DNA of 32,000 nucleotides. Source: Wolbachia endosymbiont of Dirofilaria (Dirofilaria) immitis (GTDB lineage: Bacteria > Pseudomonadota > Alphaproteobacteria > Rickettsiales > Anaplasmataceae). The translations under genes and the position numbers were made by a program. Shown one piece after another: positions 11,867 to 20,517 of the stretch (within the stretch, counting starts at the first letter, position 1; each line of letters begins with the position of its first letter). The stretch covers positions 180,001 to 212,000 of the forward strand of contig NZ_CP046578.1 in assembly GCF_013365455.1 (NCBI RefSeq), read 5' to 3'. Under the pieces are notes generated by a model. That model was given only the letters and a program-made list of their open reading frames with translations. It was not told the origin of the DNA and searched no databases.

Positions 11867-12518
11867 GTATAAAGCTTTTTAGAAAAGAAAATGCTCCAAT
11901 TATGAGCTGTGGTCCTTCAACTATTACAACAAGAGTAAGTAATAAGCCGCATAAAGATATTAGGACCCCTAGTGTAGAAAGAAGTCCGTCCTTGCTCATA
12001 ATGCCAAGTGAAATAAGAGTTGTGCCAATTGCAGGAATAAAATTGGTTAAGGGTAGTGGAATGGCTATCGATAGTGCACAGAGCAACATTATAAAAGCTA
12101 AAATTTTCTCGCCAGGTCCATAGAAAATGAAAGGTATTCTTGGTTTCATGAATTTTTCTATTTTTTTTAATGCAGGTGAGGTTCTCTTTACCACAAAAGC
12201 TAATGTTGAGAATTGGAAGGATTTCCTTTCTAGCCAATGCGGCATCCAGGGAGAATGAAACCCAAATAGAAGCTGCAGTGAAAATAAGATTAAAGGTATG
12301 GAAAGTATAGTTGTGTAACCAGGTGGAACAGGTATAGGTACTGACAGTGGTAAGGAGAAAATAATTATTAAAATACCAAAACCGCGCTCTTGTAGAGCTA
12401 TTTTAATATCAAATAATGTCACTTTGTCACTGTTAACAGTATTGATGTCTACAACCTCTTTTAGGATATCGGAAACCAATTTTTTATTTTTAGTTAGTCT
12501 CTCACTTTTTTTGCACAT
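11859..12518 (-). CDS. exoD: ExoD-family membrane protein (exopolysaccharide synthesis ExoD-like), copy 1
   Basis: ExoD-like pattern (ERGFGILIIIFSLPLSVPIPVPPGYTTILSIPLI...PWMPHWL) in a multi-TM protein. Its stop overlaps the cysS start (ATGGTTAA). Confidence 0.75.
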   Translation of the reverse strand: MCKKSERLTKNKKLVSDILKEVVDINTVNSDKVTLFDIKIALQERGFGILIIIFSLPLSVPIPVPPGYTTILSIPLILFSLQLLFGFHSPWMPHWLERKSFQFSTLAFVVKRTSPALKKIEKFMKPRIPFIFYGPGEKILAFIMLLCALSIAIPLPLTNFIPAIGTTLISLGIMSKDGLLSTLGVLISLCGLLLTLVVIVEGPQLIIGAFSFLKSFIHG

Positions 12519-12608
12519 TTATCCTTGGATAAAATTATTCCTTTTAGCTAGCATAATTATTGTTATATTTCAACATTCATTCTTCATTTGCATTAGGGAT
12601 TTATCTTA

Positions 12609-12635
12609 GCATAAGATGTTATAAAGCTTAACTAC
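12609..12635 (-). pseudogene. dead duplicate of the cysS 5' end (about 8 codons, ATG replaced by GTA)
   Basis: The sense strand reads gta gtt aag ctt tat aac atc tta tgc taa (VVKLYNILC*). Functional cysS reads atg gtt aaa ctt tat aac act tta (MVKLYNTL). It is a by-product of the tandem duplication. Confidence 0.65.
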
Positions 12636-13284
12636 GTATAAAGCTTTTTAGGAAAGAGAGTGTTCCTGTTATAAGTTGTGACCCTTTAGCTATGACAATA
12701 AAGGTGAGTAACAGCGCACACAATGATATGAGAACTCCTAATATAGAGAGAAGCCCATCTTTACCCATAATACCAAGAGAAATAAAAGTTGTGCCAATTG
12801 CAGGAAGGAAGTGGGTAAAGGGTAGTGGAAGAGCTATTATTACTGCACAAAGTAACGTTGTAAGAGCTAAAATTTTTTCGCCAGGTCCATAGAAAATGAA
12901 AGATACTCTTGGCTTCATGGACTTTTCTATTTTTTTTAAAATAGGAGAAATTTTTTCTACTATGAGAATTACTATTGAGCGTTTAAGAGCTTTTTTTTCT
13001 AACCAATAAGGTACCCAAGGAGAATCAAGTCCGAATAAAAACTGCAGTGAAAGTAAGATTAGAGGTATAGAAAGTATAGTTGTATAACCAGGTAGCACAG
13101 GTATAGGTAGCGATAGTGGCAAGGAGAAGATAATCATTAAGATACTAAAACCGCGCTCATGTAAAGCTGTTTTGATGTCAAATAATGTTATTTCATTGCT
13201 GTTGGTGGTGTTGGTATGCACAATCTCTTTTAGAATATCGGAGGCTAATTTTTTATTTCTGATCAGCTTCTTACTTTTTTGCAT
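12628..13284 (-). CDS. exoD: ExoD-family membrane protein, copy 2 (tandem paralogue)
   Basis: By eye it is roughly two-thirds to three-quarters identical to copy 1 over the full length. I place the start at the ATG at 13284 (MQKSKKLIRNKK, aligning with MCKKSERLTKNKK). The ORF-track extension to 13341 covers sequence homologous to the untranslated leader of copy 1. Confidence 0.75.
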   Translation of the reverse strand: MQKSKKLIRNKKLASDILKEIVHTNTTNSNEITLFDIKTALHERGFSILMIIFSLPLSLPIPVLPGYTTILSIPLILLSLQFLFGLDSPWVPYWLEKKALKRSIVILIVEKISPILKKIEKSMKPRVSFIFYGPGEKILALTTLLCAVIIALPLPFTHFLPAIGTTFISLGIMGKDGLLSILGVLISLCALLLTFIVIAKGSQLITGTLSFLKSFIRS

Positions 13285-13375
13285 AGTTGCCCTGGTGAAA
13301 ATTACTAACTTTAAGCTAACATGATTGCTCTTGTGTTTCAATCTATATTTTAGTCTATACTTATTTTTGAATGAA

Positions 13376-13399
13376 TGACACGCACCTTAGTACGTGTCA
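13376..13399 (-). terminator. possible weak terminator hairpin downstream of tatA
   Basis: tgacacg (13376-13382) and cgtgtca (13393-13399) form a 7-bp stem with a 10-nt loop, 16 nt after the tatA stop. Only a short, interrupted T-run follows on the minus strand. Confidence 0.3.
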
Positions 13400-13414
13400 C
13401 AAAGCATAAGGACG

Positions 13415-13582
13415 CTAACGATCTGGTTCGTTAGATGATAACTTCTCTGAATCCTTGAGTTCCTGTTTAAGGTTTTTAATGCCTTTTCCTAAATCACTCA
13501 TAACTTGCGGTAACCTACCTGCACCAAACAGAACTAAGATTATTATTAAGACTAAAAACAATTGCCATGGTCCTAAACTCAT
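13415..13582 (-). CDS. tatA: Sec-independent (Tat) translocase protein TatA (55 aa; absent from the ORF track)
   Basis: Manual translation gives [55 protein letters not shown]. The TatA hallmark hinge LFGAGRLP is followed by an amphipathic helix. A GGAGG RBS lies 5 nt upstream. Confidence 0.87.
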   Translation of the reverse strand: MSLGPWQLFLVLIIILVLFGAGRLPQVMSDLGKGIKNLKQELKDSEKLSSNEPDR

Positions 13583-13778
13583 TTGTACCTCCATTTAAAA
13601 CGTTAAATTTAAGATATAAGAGCTTGACTTCAGTCAAGTGATGCATGGATTATATCACCTTTATTTAACTATAGGTTAAAATTTTTTGATCTATTTTGTA
13701 ACAGTTTTAGGCTGGATTATTTTTAGTAGCAAATATAGTATGAAAAGAAAACTTCTTGACTAACTATAAAGTAAAAAA

Positions 13779-14489
13779 TTAGCTGAAGAACTTTGCTGAT
13801 GTGTGGTCTTTCAGTTTGTGATATATGTCACTGGAGACTCCTGATTGAATAATTTTGCCATTTTTCATTACATAGATAGAGTCTGCGACTTTTAATGCTT
13901 CTTGTGGGTCATGGGTTACCATTAGCACAGGGATATTTTTGCTTCTAAAAAGAGATAAGACGTGGTGTCTTGTTTGGCATTTAAGCATTATATCTAAATT
14001 AGAAAATGGTTCATCGAGCAACACAACATCAGGATTTTGTGCCATTACTCTTGCTATTGCAACTAATTGTTGCTGACCTCCTGACAAAGCGTTAGAGTAC
14101 ATGTTTTCATATTTTGCTATGTTTAATAGCTTCAAAATTTCTAATGCAGTAAGGTACTTTTCTTTTTTAGAAGCACTACGAATAGCAAAAGTTATATTCT
14201 CTATGACTGTTTTGTGAGGAAATAATGCAGAATGTTGAAAAATCAATCCTACATTCCTGTGCTCTATTGCAATTGATGTATTATTGCTTGCTACTAATCT
14301 GTCATTTATAAAAATGGCACCAGATTTTGGATTTTCTATTCCTGCAATTAACTTCAAAATTGTTGACTTACCACAACCTGAATGTCCTAATAGGCAGGTG
14401 ACATTTCCTCGTTTTACTTCAATGTTTATATTGCTTAACGTAAAATCACCCTGGTTGCTATAAGAATAACTAATGTTGTTAATTAGCAT
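13779..14489 (-). CDS. ABC transporter ATP-binding protein (FbpC/PotA/CysA-like importer ATPase, short form)
   Basis: Walker A GHSGCGKST, Q-loop, signature LSGGQQQ, Walker B VVLLDEPFSNLD and H-loop VTHD are present. No permease or binding-protein gene is adjacent. Confidence 0.85.
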   Translation of the reverse strand: MLINNISYSYSNQGDFTLSNINIEVKRGNVTCLLGHSGCGKSTILKLIAGIENPKSGAIFINDRLVASNNTSIAIEHRNVGLIFQHSALFPHKTVIENITFAIRSASKKEKYLTALEILKLLNIAKYENMYSNALSGGQQQLVAIARVMAQNPDVVLLDEPFSNLDIMLKCQTRHHVLSLFRSKNIPVLMVTHDPQEALKVADSIYVMKNGKIIQSGVSSDIYHKLKDHTSAKFFS

Positions 14490-14631
14490 TAACCTGAAAC
14501 TATTTTATAAAAAATAATAACGTGATATTCAAGGAATGTACAGAAATGTTTTTGTTATAAGTTAGTTATAAAAAGAATCTAGAAAAATAAGGAGTTTTTT
14601 TGTTATGATCATGTGAAATAATAGGAAATAC

Positions 14632-14705
14632 GGGGCTATAGCTCAGTAGGATAGAGCATTGGATTCCTAATCCGAAGGCCGTGCGTTCGAATCGCACTAG
14701 CCCTA
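14632..14705 (+). tRNA. tRNA-Arg (anticodon CCT)
   Basis: Manual cloverleaf: acceptor ggggcta/tagccct, D arm gctc-agtaggata-gagc, anticodon arm ttgga-ttCCTaa-tccga, variable loop aggcc, T arm gtgcg-ttcgaat-cgcac, discriminator A. CCA is not encoded. Confidence 0.92.
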
Positions 14706-15109
14706 CTGTGATGCTCTGTTGACTTATTATGCTATTTTTATGTTTTTGAAGAGAATTATAGTTTAGCTTATAGTTGTATAAACACTACGGTGTTTGTGCA
14801 GGTACGGTAGGTAATATCATCTAAGATCTAAAAAAATAGATTCTAATATCTCACATATTGGAATTATGCCATTTGTTGTAAAAGAAAATTTCTATTTATG
14901 AATTGCTTTAATGTTTAAGAAGCTTACTAGGTAAAAAAGGCAAAAGACCTTATACAGCTAATTATCTGCTATCTATCTTACTTGTGTGTTGGCATTTTTA
15001 GTGCTTTTAAGTATTTAGTAAAGCGCAATTCATAATGCTAGCTATACGTGTTAGATAACATGTAAAAAATATATAGTGCAGGAAGTTAAATATGGCATAT
15101 ATGAAATTT

Positions 15110-15133
15110 TTTTGTAATGGGCCCATTACAAAA
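15110..15133. other. 24-bp perfect palindrome ttttgtaatggg|cccattacaaaa centred on GGGCCC
   Basis: Base-by-base pairing was verified for 15110-15121 against 15122-15133. It forms a GC core in an otherwise very AT-rich spacer. The T-run is 5' and the A-run 3', the opposite of a terminator. Confidence 0.6.
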
Positions 15134-15658
15134 GTAGTACTGAAATTTTGGTATCATATAGGAGGGGTGGCAAAATTTGTCAAGTAGTTTTTGTTATTAT
15201 GAGTCAGGTTGTTTTTAAATATATTGAGAGTTTTATTTATTATTTCACTTGTATTTACCTTAATTTGAGTATACTCTAATTTTGCCACTGTTTTAAATTG
15301 GCTTAATGCCTAGTTCAGGTAATATGTTGACAAATTTGCTAGCAATATTTTACTACTGATTATTAAGGCTAAGCTATCGGCTGACAATTTTATATTTTGC
15401 TTGTATATATCAATCTATAGTGTATGGGTCATTTATTAAATGGTACGCTTAGTTGTGCATACAATATTTATGCTAAAAACCTTATATTATTATCTGCTTC
15501 TATGTCGCTAACACCAGTAAAAAGCTATATATTTTATGGCAATTTTTGCAGCTTTTTTTATCTCAGATAATTTATTAACGGCAAAGCAGGTGAGAAAAAT
15601 GGAGAGACTAGTACAAATAAATTTATCAATGCTTAAAGTATGCTTGATCTTTGTATCC

Positions 15659-15988
15659 TTAATTATTATTAGAATTATTATTAGGCTTCCAGCTCTTATA
15701 GTAGTTTTGTACTTTTTGGTTGGGGTGATATGCATCTTTTTTGATCGTCAAATTAAGAATATGTTTTACTTTCCTTGTTTTATCATTAACTGGCACTGCA
15801 TTATCAGTATAATGAAGCCATACATGCCACTCCGGAGGTACTACTGTAGGTTCAGGAACACTGCTATATATAACCCACCTTTTTCCTGTACTTGACTCGT
15901 AGTAAGAATTTTTGTTTTTGTCTCTTCCTACAAATTTATCTTCTTTTCGTAATAAACATTTTATTACATTAGAAATTTTGGGTAACAT
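15659..15988 (-). CDS. NDUFA12-family protein (NADH:ubiquinone oxidoreductase subunit A12 homologue)
   Basis: GRDKNKNSYYE...KRWVIY...EPTVVPPEWHVWLHYT matches the NDUFA12 core (GxDxxGNxYYE, RRWV, PPEWHxWLH). It ends in an Asn-rich tail. Confidence 0.8.
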   Translation of the reverse strand: MLPKISNVIKCLLRKEDKFVGRDKNKNSYYESSTGKRWVIYSSVPEPTVVPPEWHVWLHYTDNAVPVNDKTRKVKHILNLTIKKDAYHPNQKVQNYYKSWKPNNNSNNN

Positions 15989-16052
15989 AAAGCTATTAAA
16001 ACAAAAAGTATTATATATACTAATGCTTTAACGCTCCGTTAACAATAATTTA

Positions 16053-17519
16053 ATGCAATTGCCAATCTTACAAGTTATTATACCAATAATTGCATCAATG
16101 TTTTGCTCTTTTGTTAGAGAAGATAAAGTGTCGTGGTTTATCTCTTTTACTACAACAGCAGCTACTCTTTTTGTTTCATCGATACTACTTATGAAAACTT
16201 GTGATGGTGAAGTTATAACTTATTACCTTGGGGATTTTGCTCCTGCATACGGGATAGAGTTAAGGATTGATATGTTAAATTCCTTAATTCTAACTCTAGT
16301 AAATTTTATAGCGCTGATAAGTGTTCTTTATAGTTTTCGTGTTAACAAAAAGGAGATTAGCAAAAACAAAATCACTGGTTTTTACTCTTTATTTCTGTTG
16401 TGCTTAAGTGGACTGCTTGGGATTTTGGTAACAAATGATATATTCAATCTTTATGTTTTTTTAGAAATCTCATCTCTTTCTTCTTATGTGCTAGTTTCAA
16501 TGGGAAAGGATAAAAAAGCTTTAGTTGCAGCGTTAGAATATCTGATTAGTGGAACGATAGGTGCAACGTTTTACTTATTTGGTATCGGGCTGTTGTATTC
16601 TATGACTGGTACGCTCAATATGTCTGATATGGCTGAGAGGATAGTGCCGCTATATGATAATAATATTATAAAGCTTGGCACATTGTTTATTTTTGTTGGT
16701 CTCTCAATCAAGATGGCACTGTTTCCATTGAGTAAGTGGCTAGTTAATTCATACAGTGAAGCTCCTAGTTTTATTAGTATATTTTTTTCGGGTACAGTAA
16801 CTAAAGTTATGATATATGTTTTTATTAGAATCTTTTATACTGTTTTTCATCAAAACTTTTTTTTACTCAAACCACCATTAAACAACATAATAGTTACACT
16901 TGCACTTTGTGCTATTGTATTTGGGTCGATATTTGCAATGACTGCAAAAGACATGAAGAGGTTACTTGCTAACTCCAGTATTAGCCAGATTGGCTATATA
17001 GTTTTAATGCTGAGTTTAAACTCAAAAACAGGTTTGTTTGCAGCAGTTCTCCATATAATAAATCACAGTATAATAAAAACGTCTTTATTCATGACTGCAG
17101 GATGTATTTCTTATAAGTTTGACTCAACGAAAGTAGAAAATTTATCAGGACTCGAAAAATCAATGCCTTATATAACATTTGCGTTTACTCTGCTTGGATT
17201 AGCATTGATTGGTATGCCTTTAACTAGTGGTTTTGTAAGTAAGTGGTATATGATGAAAGCAATTATTGAATCTCGTGCATGGATTTCTCTTGTAGTTTTC
17301 GCTACAGGTTCTTTTCTTGCATTAATATATATATGGCAAACGGTGGAAAGAATGTATTTTGGGAATGATGCAACATTACACACTAGAATGACGCTTGGAC
17401 AAGCTAATGAGGTGCCATTGCCTATGCTTTTTTGCTTACTATTTATGGCTGTTTTAACAATAGTAATTGGAATATATACTAATCCAGTTCGTTCAGTAGT
17501 TGAAAAATTGGTTTTTTGA
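16053..17519 (+). CDS. mrpD: Mrp-type monovalent cation/H+ antiporter subunit D (NuoL/M/N family)
   Basis: 488-aa protein with about 14 TM helices and the proton-pumping module pattern (WLVNSYSEAPSFISIFFSG, SQIGYIVL, HSIIKTSLFMTAG). No other mrp genes are adjacent. Confidence 0.85.
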   Translation: MQLPILQVIIPIIASMFCSFVREDKVSWFISFTTTAATLFVSSILLMKTCDGEVITYYLGDFAPAYGIELRIDMLNSLILTLVNFIALISVLYSFRVNKKEISKNKITGFYSLFLLCLSGLLGILVTNDIFNLYVFLEISSLSSYVLVSMGKDKKALVAALEYLISGTIGATFYLFGIGLLYSMTGTLNMSDMAERIVPLYDNNIIKLGTLFIFVGLSIKMALFPLSKWLVNSYSEAPSFISIFFSGTVTKVMIYVFIRIFYTVFHQNFFLLKPPLNNIIVTLALCAIVFGSIFAMTAKDMKRLLANSSISQIGYIVLMLSLNSKTGLFAAVLHIINHSIIKTSLFMTAGCISYKFDSTKVENLSGLEKSMPYITFAFTLLGLALIGMPLTSGFVSKWYMMKAIIESRAWISLVVFATGSFLALIYIWQTVERMYFGNDATLHTRMTLGQANEVPLPMLFCLLFMAVLTIVIGIYTNPVRSVVEKLVF

Positions 17520-17590
17520 TTTTTACCTTTACTTCATGTTTTACTGTGCTATAAGGCATAAGAGCTTTTGCTATAGATAGGAGATAGATT

Positions 17591-18709
17591 GTGAAAAAGG
17601 TTCATTGGTTATTAGTTATTAATGTGATAGCTTTGTTTTGTATTGGTATTGTTATTCAATATTCTTCTGCTGGAGGGAAATGGGTGCCATTTGCAGTTCA
17701 TCAGCTGGCTGTATTCTCTTTTTTTTTTCTACTAGCTATAGCTATGTCATTCATAGAGCTAAGTTTTTACTTAAAATATGCTTATTTTTTTTATATAGCA
17801 GCAATAATTGCACTGTTAGTAGTGAATTTTTTTGGTTTGTCTGTAATGGGTTCAACAAGGTGGATAAAAATCGGGTCAGTTAGTTTACAACCATCAGAAT
17901 TTGCAAAAGTAGGATTGATGCTTGCACTTGCTCGTTATTTTAGTGAGCAAAGCTTGTATAAAATGATGGAATTTCAAAAATTGTTTAAGGCGCTTATAAT
18001 TGTTTTCTTGCCTGTGTTCTTAGTATTAAAGCAACCGAATTTGGGCACAGCTATGATAATGTTATTTATAGGAGCATCAATTATATTTACATCAATAATA
18101 AAAGGGTACCATTTAATAGTTTTTGGGGTGTTTGGTATTCTTATGATACCAGCTATTTGGTCTTTTTTACGTCCCTATCATAAACAAAGGATACTATCGT
18201 TTCTGGATTCATCAACAGATCCGCTTGGAATAGGTTATACTGCACAGCAATCTCAGATAGCTATTGGTTCTGGAGGTTTGCTTGGTAAAGGATTTGTTAG
18301 TGGAAGTCAAACTCAACTTGGATTTTTGCCGGAGAGGTGTACAGATTTCGCTTTTGCAGTACTTGGTGAAGAGTGGGGATTCTTAGGTAGCATGGCTTTG
18401 GTTTTTCTTTATACTATGTTACTTGCAATAATATTCTTTATTGCTTATGGATCAAAAAATTACTTTTCTAAGTTACTATCTATTGGAATTTTTTCTTTTT
18501 TTGGTGCTCATTTTTTTATAAATATTGGGATGACAATAAGCCTTTTACCTATAATAGGGGATCCATTGCCGTTCCTATCTTATGGAGGGAGCACAACTGC
18601 TTCAAGCTTAATATGTATAGGATTACTGTTTAATTGTGTAACTTCTGAAGAGAATTTAAGGCTGAACTCCCGATTTTGCTCAGCAAGAAGATTTATAGTT
18701 AGGATATGA
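17591..18709 (+). CDS. rodA: SEDS-family peptidoglycan glycosyltransferase RodA (FtsW/RodA family)
   Basis: QPSEFAKV, KQPNLGTA, TDFAFAVLGEEWGF and PLPFLSYGGS motifs are present. It has a GTG start with an AGGAG RBS 8 nt upstream. The C-terminal tail of about 25 aa is unusual. Confidence 0.88.
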   Translation: MKKVHWLLVINVIALFCIGIVIQYSSAGGKWVPFAVHQLAVFSFFFLLAIAMSFIELSFYLKYAYFFYIAAIIALLVVNFFGLSVMGSTRWIKIGSVSLQPSEFAKVGLMLALARYFSEQSLYKMMEFQKLFKALIIVFLPVFLVLKQPNLGTAMIMLFIGASIIFTSIIKGYHLIVFGVFGILMIPAIWSFLRPYHKQRILSFLDSSTDPLGIGYTAQQSQIAIGSGGLLGKGFVSGSQTQLGFLPERCTDFAFAVLGEEWGFLGSMALVFLYTMLLAIIFFIAYGSKNYFSKLLSIGIFSFFGAHFFINIGMTISLLPIIGDPLPFLSYGGSTTASSLICIGLLFNCVTSEENLRLNSRFCSARRFIVRI

Positions 18710-19686
18710 TATCAGTACATATTCTTGCTCTATGGGGTACTTTGCCAGCTCTAGCCTTTAATTATTTCTCCTGGGGTAATTTCTTGTATAGTCTTCGACA
18801 GTGTGCCTAGGAACATGTAACTGTTAGAAACCTCTCAATAGACTTTGCTAACTTCTATTATCATAATATGTGAAAGGTGTTCGATTATCTTTGGTCTGTG
18901 TAGATTAAGCGGTAGAGTTATTACCATAATTAATATTTTGTATTTGATTTTTTATATTATGTGTATCTTGCGTTTTTATTACCTTGCCTGGGGGTGGGAA
19001 ACTTGGACTTTTAAGTTTTCAACTGAGATGCGCTTGTAAGTAGTTTGAGGTAGTATGAAATGTTAATTTGCAAGGTTAGAAAGCAAAAAACTGTCTAACC
19101 ACATGAATTCTTTTTCCTTTTTTCTGTCTGGTAAATTTCTTAGCTATTTATAGCTAAGGTAACTTAAAAGTTTCAAAGTGTTTTTCAATTAATGGAGTTA
19201 AAAAATTAAGTCCGGCTTAGCCAGATCTTAGGTTGGATAAAAAAGATGGTCTTGGTAAAATTCCTCTGTAGTGAGTCTTTTTAGTTTGAGCTATCAGTTT
19301 GCTTTTTTTATATTCTGATTTATTTGAATTTTTATATGAACTAATTGTCTTATATACTTTGTTTAACTTCTTTAAAGTTAGCTGCTGCAGTACATAACCC
19401 TATTACTACAGCAAAAGCTAAAGTGGTGAAAATTAAAAATCCCTCTGCCGACTTTTCTTTTTGTGTAATAGCGTGCAACTTGTCTAGCCTTTATGGATTT
19501 CATATAATAACTGCTGCAGTTTGTGCACTTTACTTTCTCTTTCAAACTCACTTATTTACTTTAGAGATACTCTAAGTAAGTTCTAGTGTAATTATTATAT
19601 TTTATTTTTACAGCATTATATGTAAAATAATAACAAGTTTATATTATACGACGCTATGTAAACTTATTATTGTTAATATATAATAA

Positions 19687-20517
19687 ATGGAAAGCTTGCA
19701 GCTAGATAAAATACAGAACGATGTAGAAAATATTTGGAGAAATAGAAATCAGCTTATTAACTGTAGTGTGAAAGTAACAGCAAAAGCTCCAATTAAAGAG
19801 GTAGTTAGGCTTCTCGAGTGTGGTAAAGTTAGAGTAGCAGAAAAGCTATCAAATGGGGAGTGGGTAGTCCATATATGGATAAAGCAAGCAATATTATTAC
19901 ACTTTCTTACTGAAAAAAGTAGAATGATAGGTAACAGTGATTGGTGGTTTGATAAGATCAGTAGTAGGTTTGATGGATGGAGTAAAGAAAGATTTCTCCA
20001 GTCGAAAATTAGAGTGGTTCCTGGATGTTTTGTCCGCCAGTCTGCTTACATAGGTACAAATGTTGTTCTTATGCCAAGCTTTATTAATGTTGGTGCTTAT
20101 ATTGGTTCAGGTACAATGATAGATACCTGGTCGACAGTTGGTAGTTGTGCGCAAATAGGAGAGAGTTGCCATATTTCTGGGGGAGTAGGAATTGGTGGAG
20201 TCTTAGAGCCTATTCAAGCTTCTCCAGTTATTATAGAGGATAATTGTTTTATAGGGGCGCGTAGTGAAGTGACTGAAGGTGTTATAATAAGAGAAGGATC
20301 AGTTTTAGGTATGGGGGTTTTTATTGGAGCATCAACAAAAATTATTGATAGAGAAACCGGTGAGGTACTTTATGGCGAAGTTCCGCCTTACTCTGTAGTA
20401 GTGCCAGGATCTACTTCACCTAAAAATAACATTTCAACCTATTGCGTAGTTATAGTAAAAAAGGTGGATGCAAAGACAAGGTCGAAAACCTCTGTAAATG
20501 AGATATTAAGGAGTTAG
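19687..20517 (+). CDS. dapD: 2,3,4,5-tetrahydropyridine-2,6-dicarboxylate N-succinyltransferase
   Basis: Hexapeptide-repeat left-handed beta-helix region ([40 protein letters not shown]...[14 protein letters not shown]) with a DapD-type N-terminal domain. Confidence 0.93.
   Translation: MESLQLDKIQNDVENIWRNRNQLINCSVKVTAKAPIKEVVRLLECGKVRVAEKLSNGEWVVHIWIKQAILLHFLTEKSRMIGNSDWWFDKISSRFDGWSKERFLQSKIRVVPGCFVRQSAYIGTNVVLMPSFINVGAYIGSGTMIDTWSTVGSCAQIGESCHISGGVGIGGVLEPIQASPVIIEDNCFIGARSEVTEGVIIREGSVLGMGVFIGASTKIIDRETGEVLYGEVPPYSVVVPGSTSPKNNISTYCVVIVKKVDAKTRSKTSVNEILRS

Larger units (their letters stand above)
11843..13352 (-). repeat. tandem duplication with a unit of about 769 bp, comprising exoD, its 5' leader and the first codons of cysS
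   Basis: tgttataaagtttaaccatgtataaagc (copy 1, from 11848) and tgttataaagcttaactacgtataaagc (copy 2, from 12617) match at 25 of 28 positions at a constant offset of 769. Similarity continues through both ORFs and about 65 nt upstream of their ATGs. Confidence 0.85.

Noticed and set aside
11122-12892. ORFs 11122..11439(+), 11902..12123(+), 11917..12237(-) and 12692..12892(+)
   Set aside because: These are antisense or off-frame shadows inside cysS and the two exoD copies. The two plus-strand exoD shadows resemble each other only because the underlying DNA is duplicated.
13285-13341. N-terminal 19-aa extension of exoD copy 2 in the ORF track (MKHKSNHVSLKLVIFTRAT)
   Set aside because: This stretch is homologous at the nucleotide level to the untranslated leader of copy 1. 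The internal ATG at 13284 aligns with the copy 1 start.
13622-13637. Hairpin cttgac-ttca-gtcaag between the ABC ATPase gene and tatA, considered as a terminator or as a tatA promoter (TTGACT on the minus strand)
   Set aside because: It has a 6-bp stem with no U-tract. The candidate -35/-10 spacing is poor (15 nt to TATCTT), so the evidence is insufficient for a feature call.
14589-14616. AAGGAG followed by the mini-ORF ATGATCATGTGA just upstream of tRNA-Arg
   Set aside because: A three-codon ORF has no supporting context. This is most likely coincidence.
15508-15895. ORFs 15508..15735(-) and 15536..15895(+) next to or overlapping the NDUFA12-like gene
   Set aside because: They are hydrophobic, low-complexity and mutually antisense. 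The plus ORF overlaps the conserved NDUFA12 frame, so they are most likely artefacts of AT-rich sequence.
19208-19222. aagtccggcttagcc, reminiscent of RNase P RNA conserved regions (gaaagtccgg and cggctta)
   Set aside because: The two motifs are fused rather than separated by about 300 nt of structured RNA, and no other RNase P conserved blocks lie nearby.
18845-19575. Spacer ORFs 18845..19039(+) and 19345..19575(+), and likewise 29296..29502(-) and 30045..30269(-)
   Set aside because: They have no recognisable domains. Their composition and lack of an RBS are consistent with chance ORFs in AT-rich decayed DNA. 29296..29502 also overlaps a weak repeat-core match.
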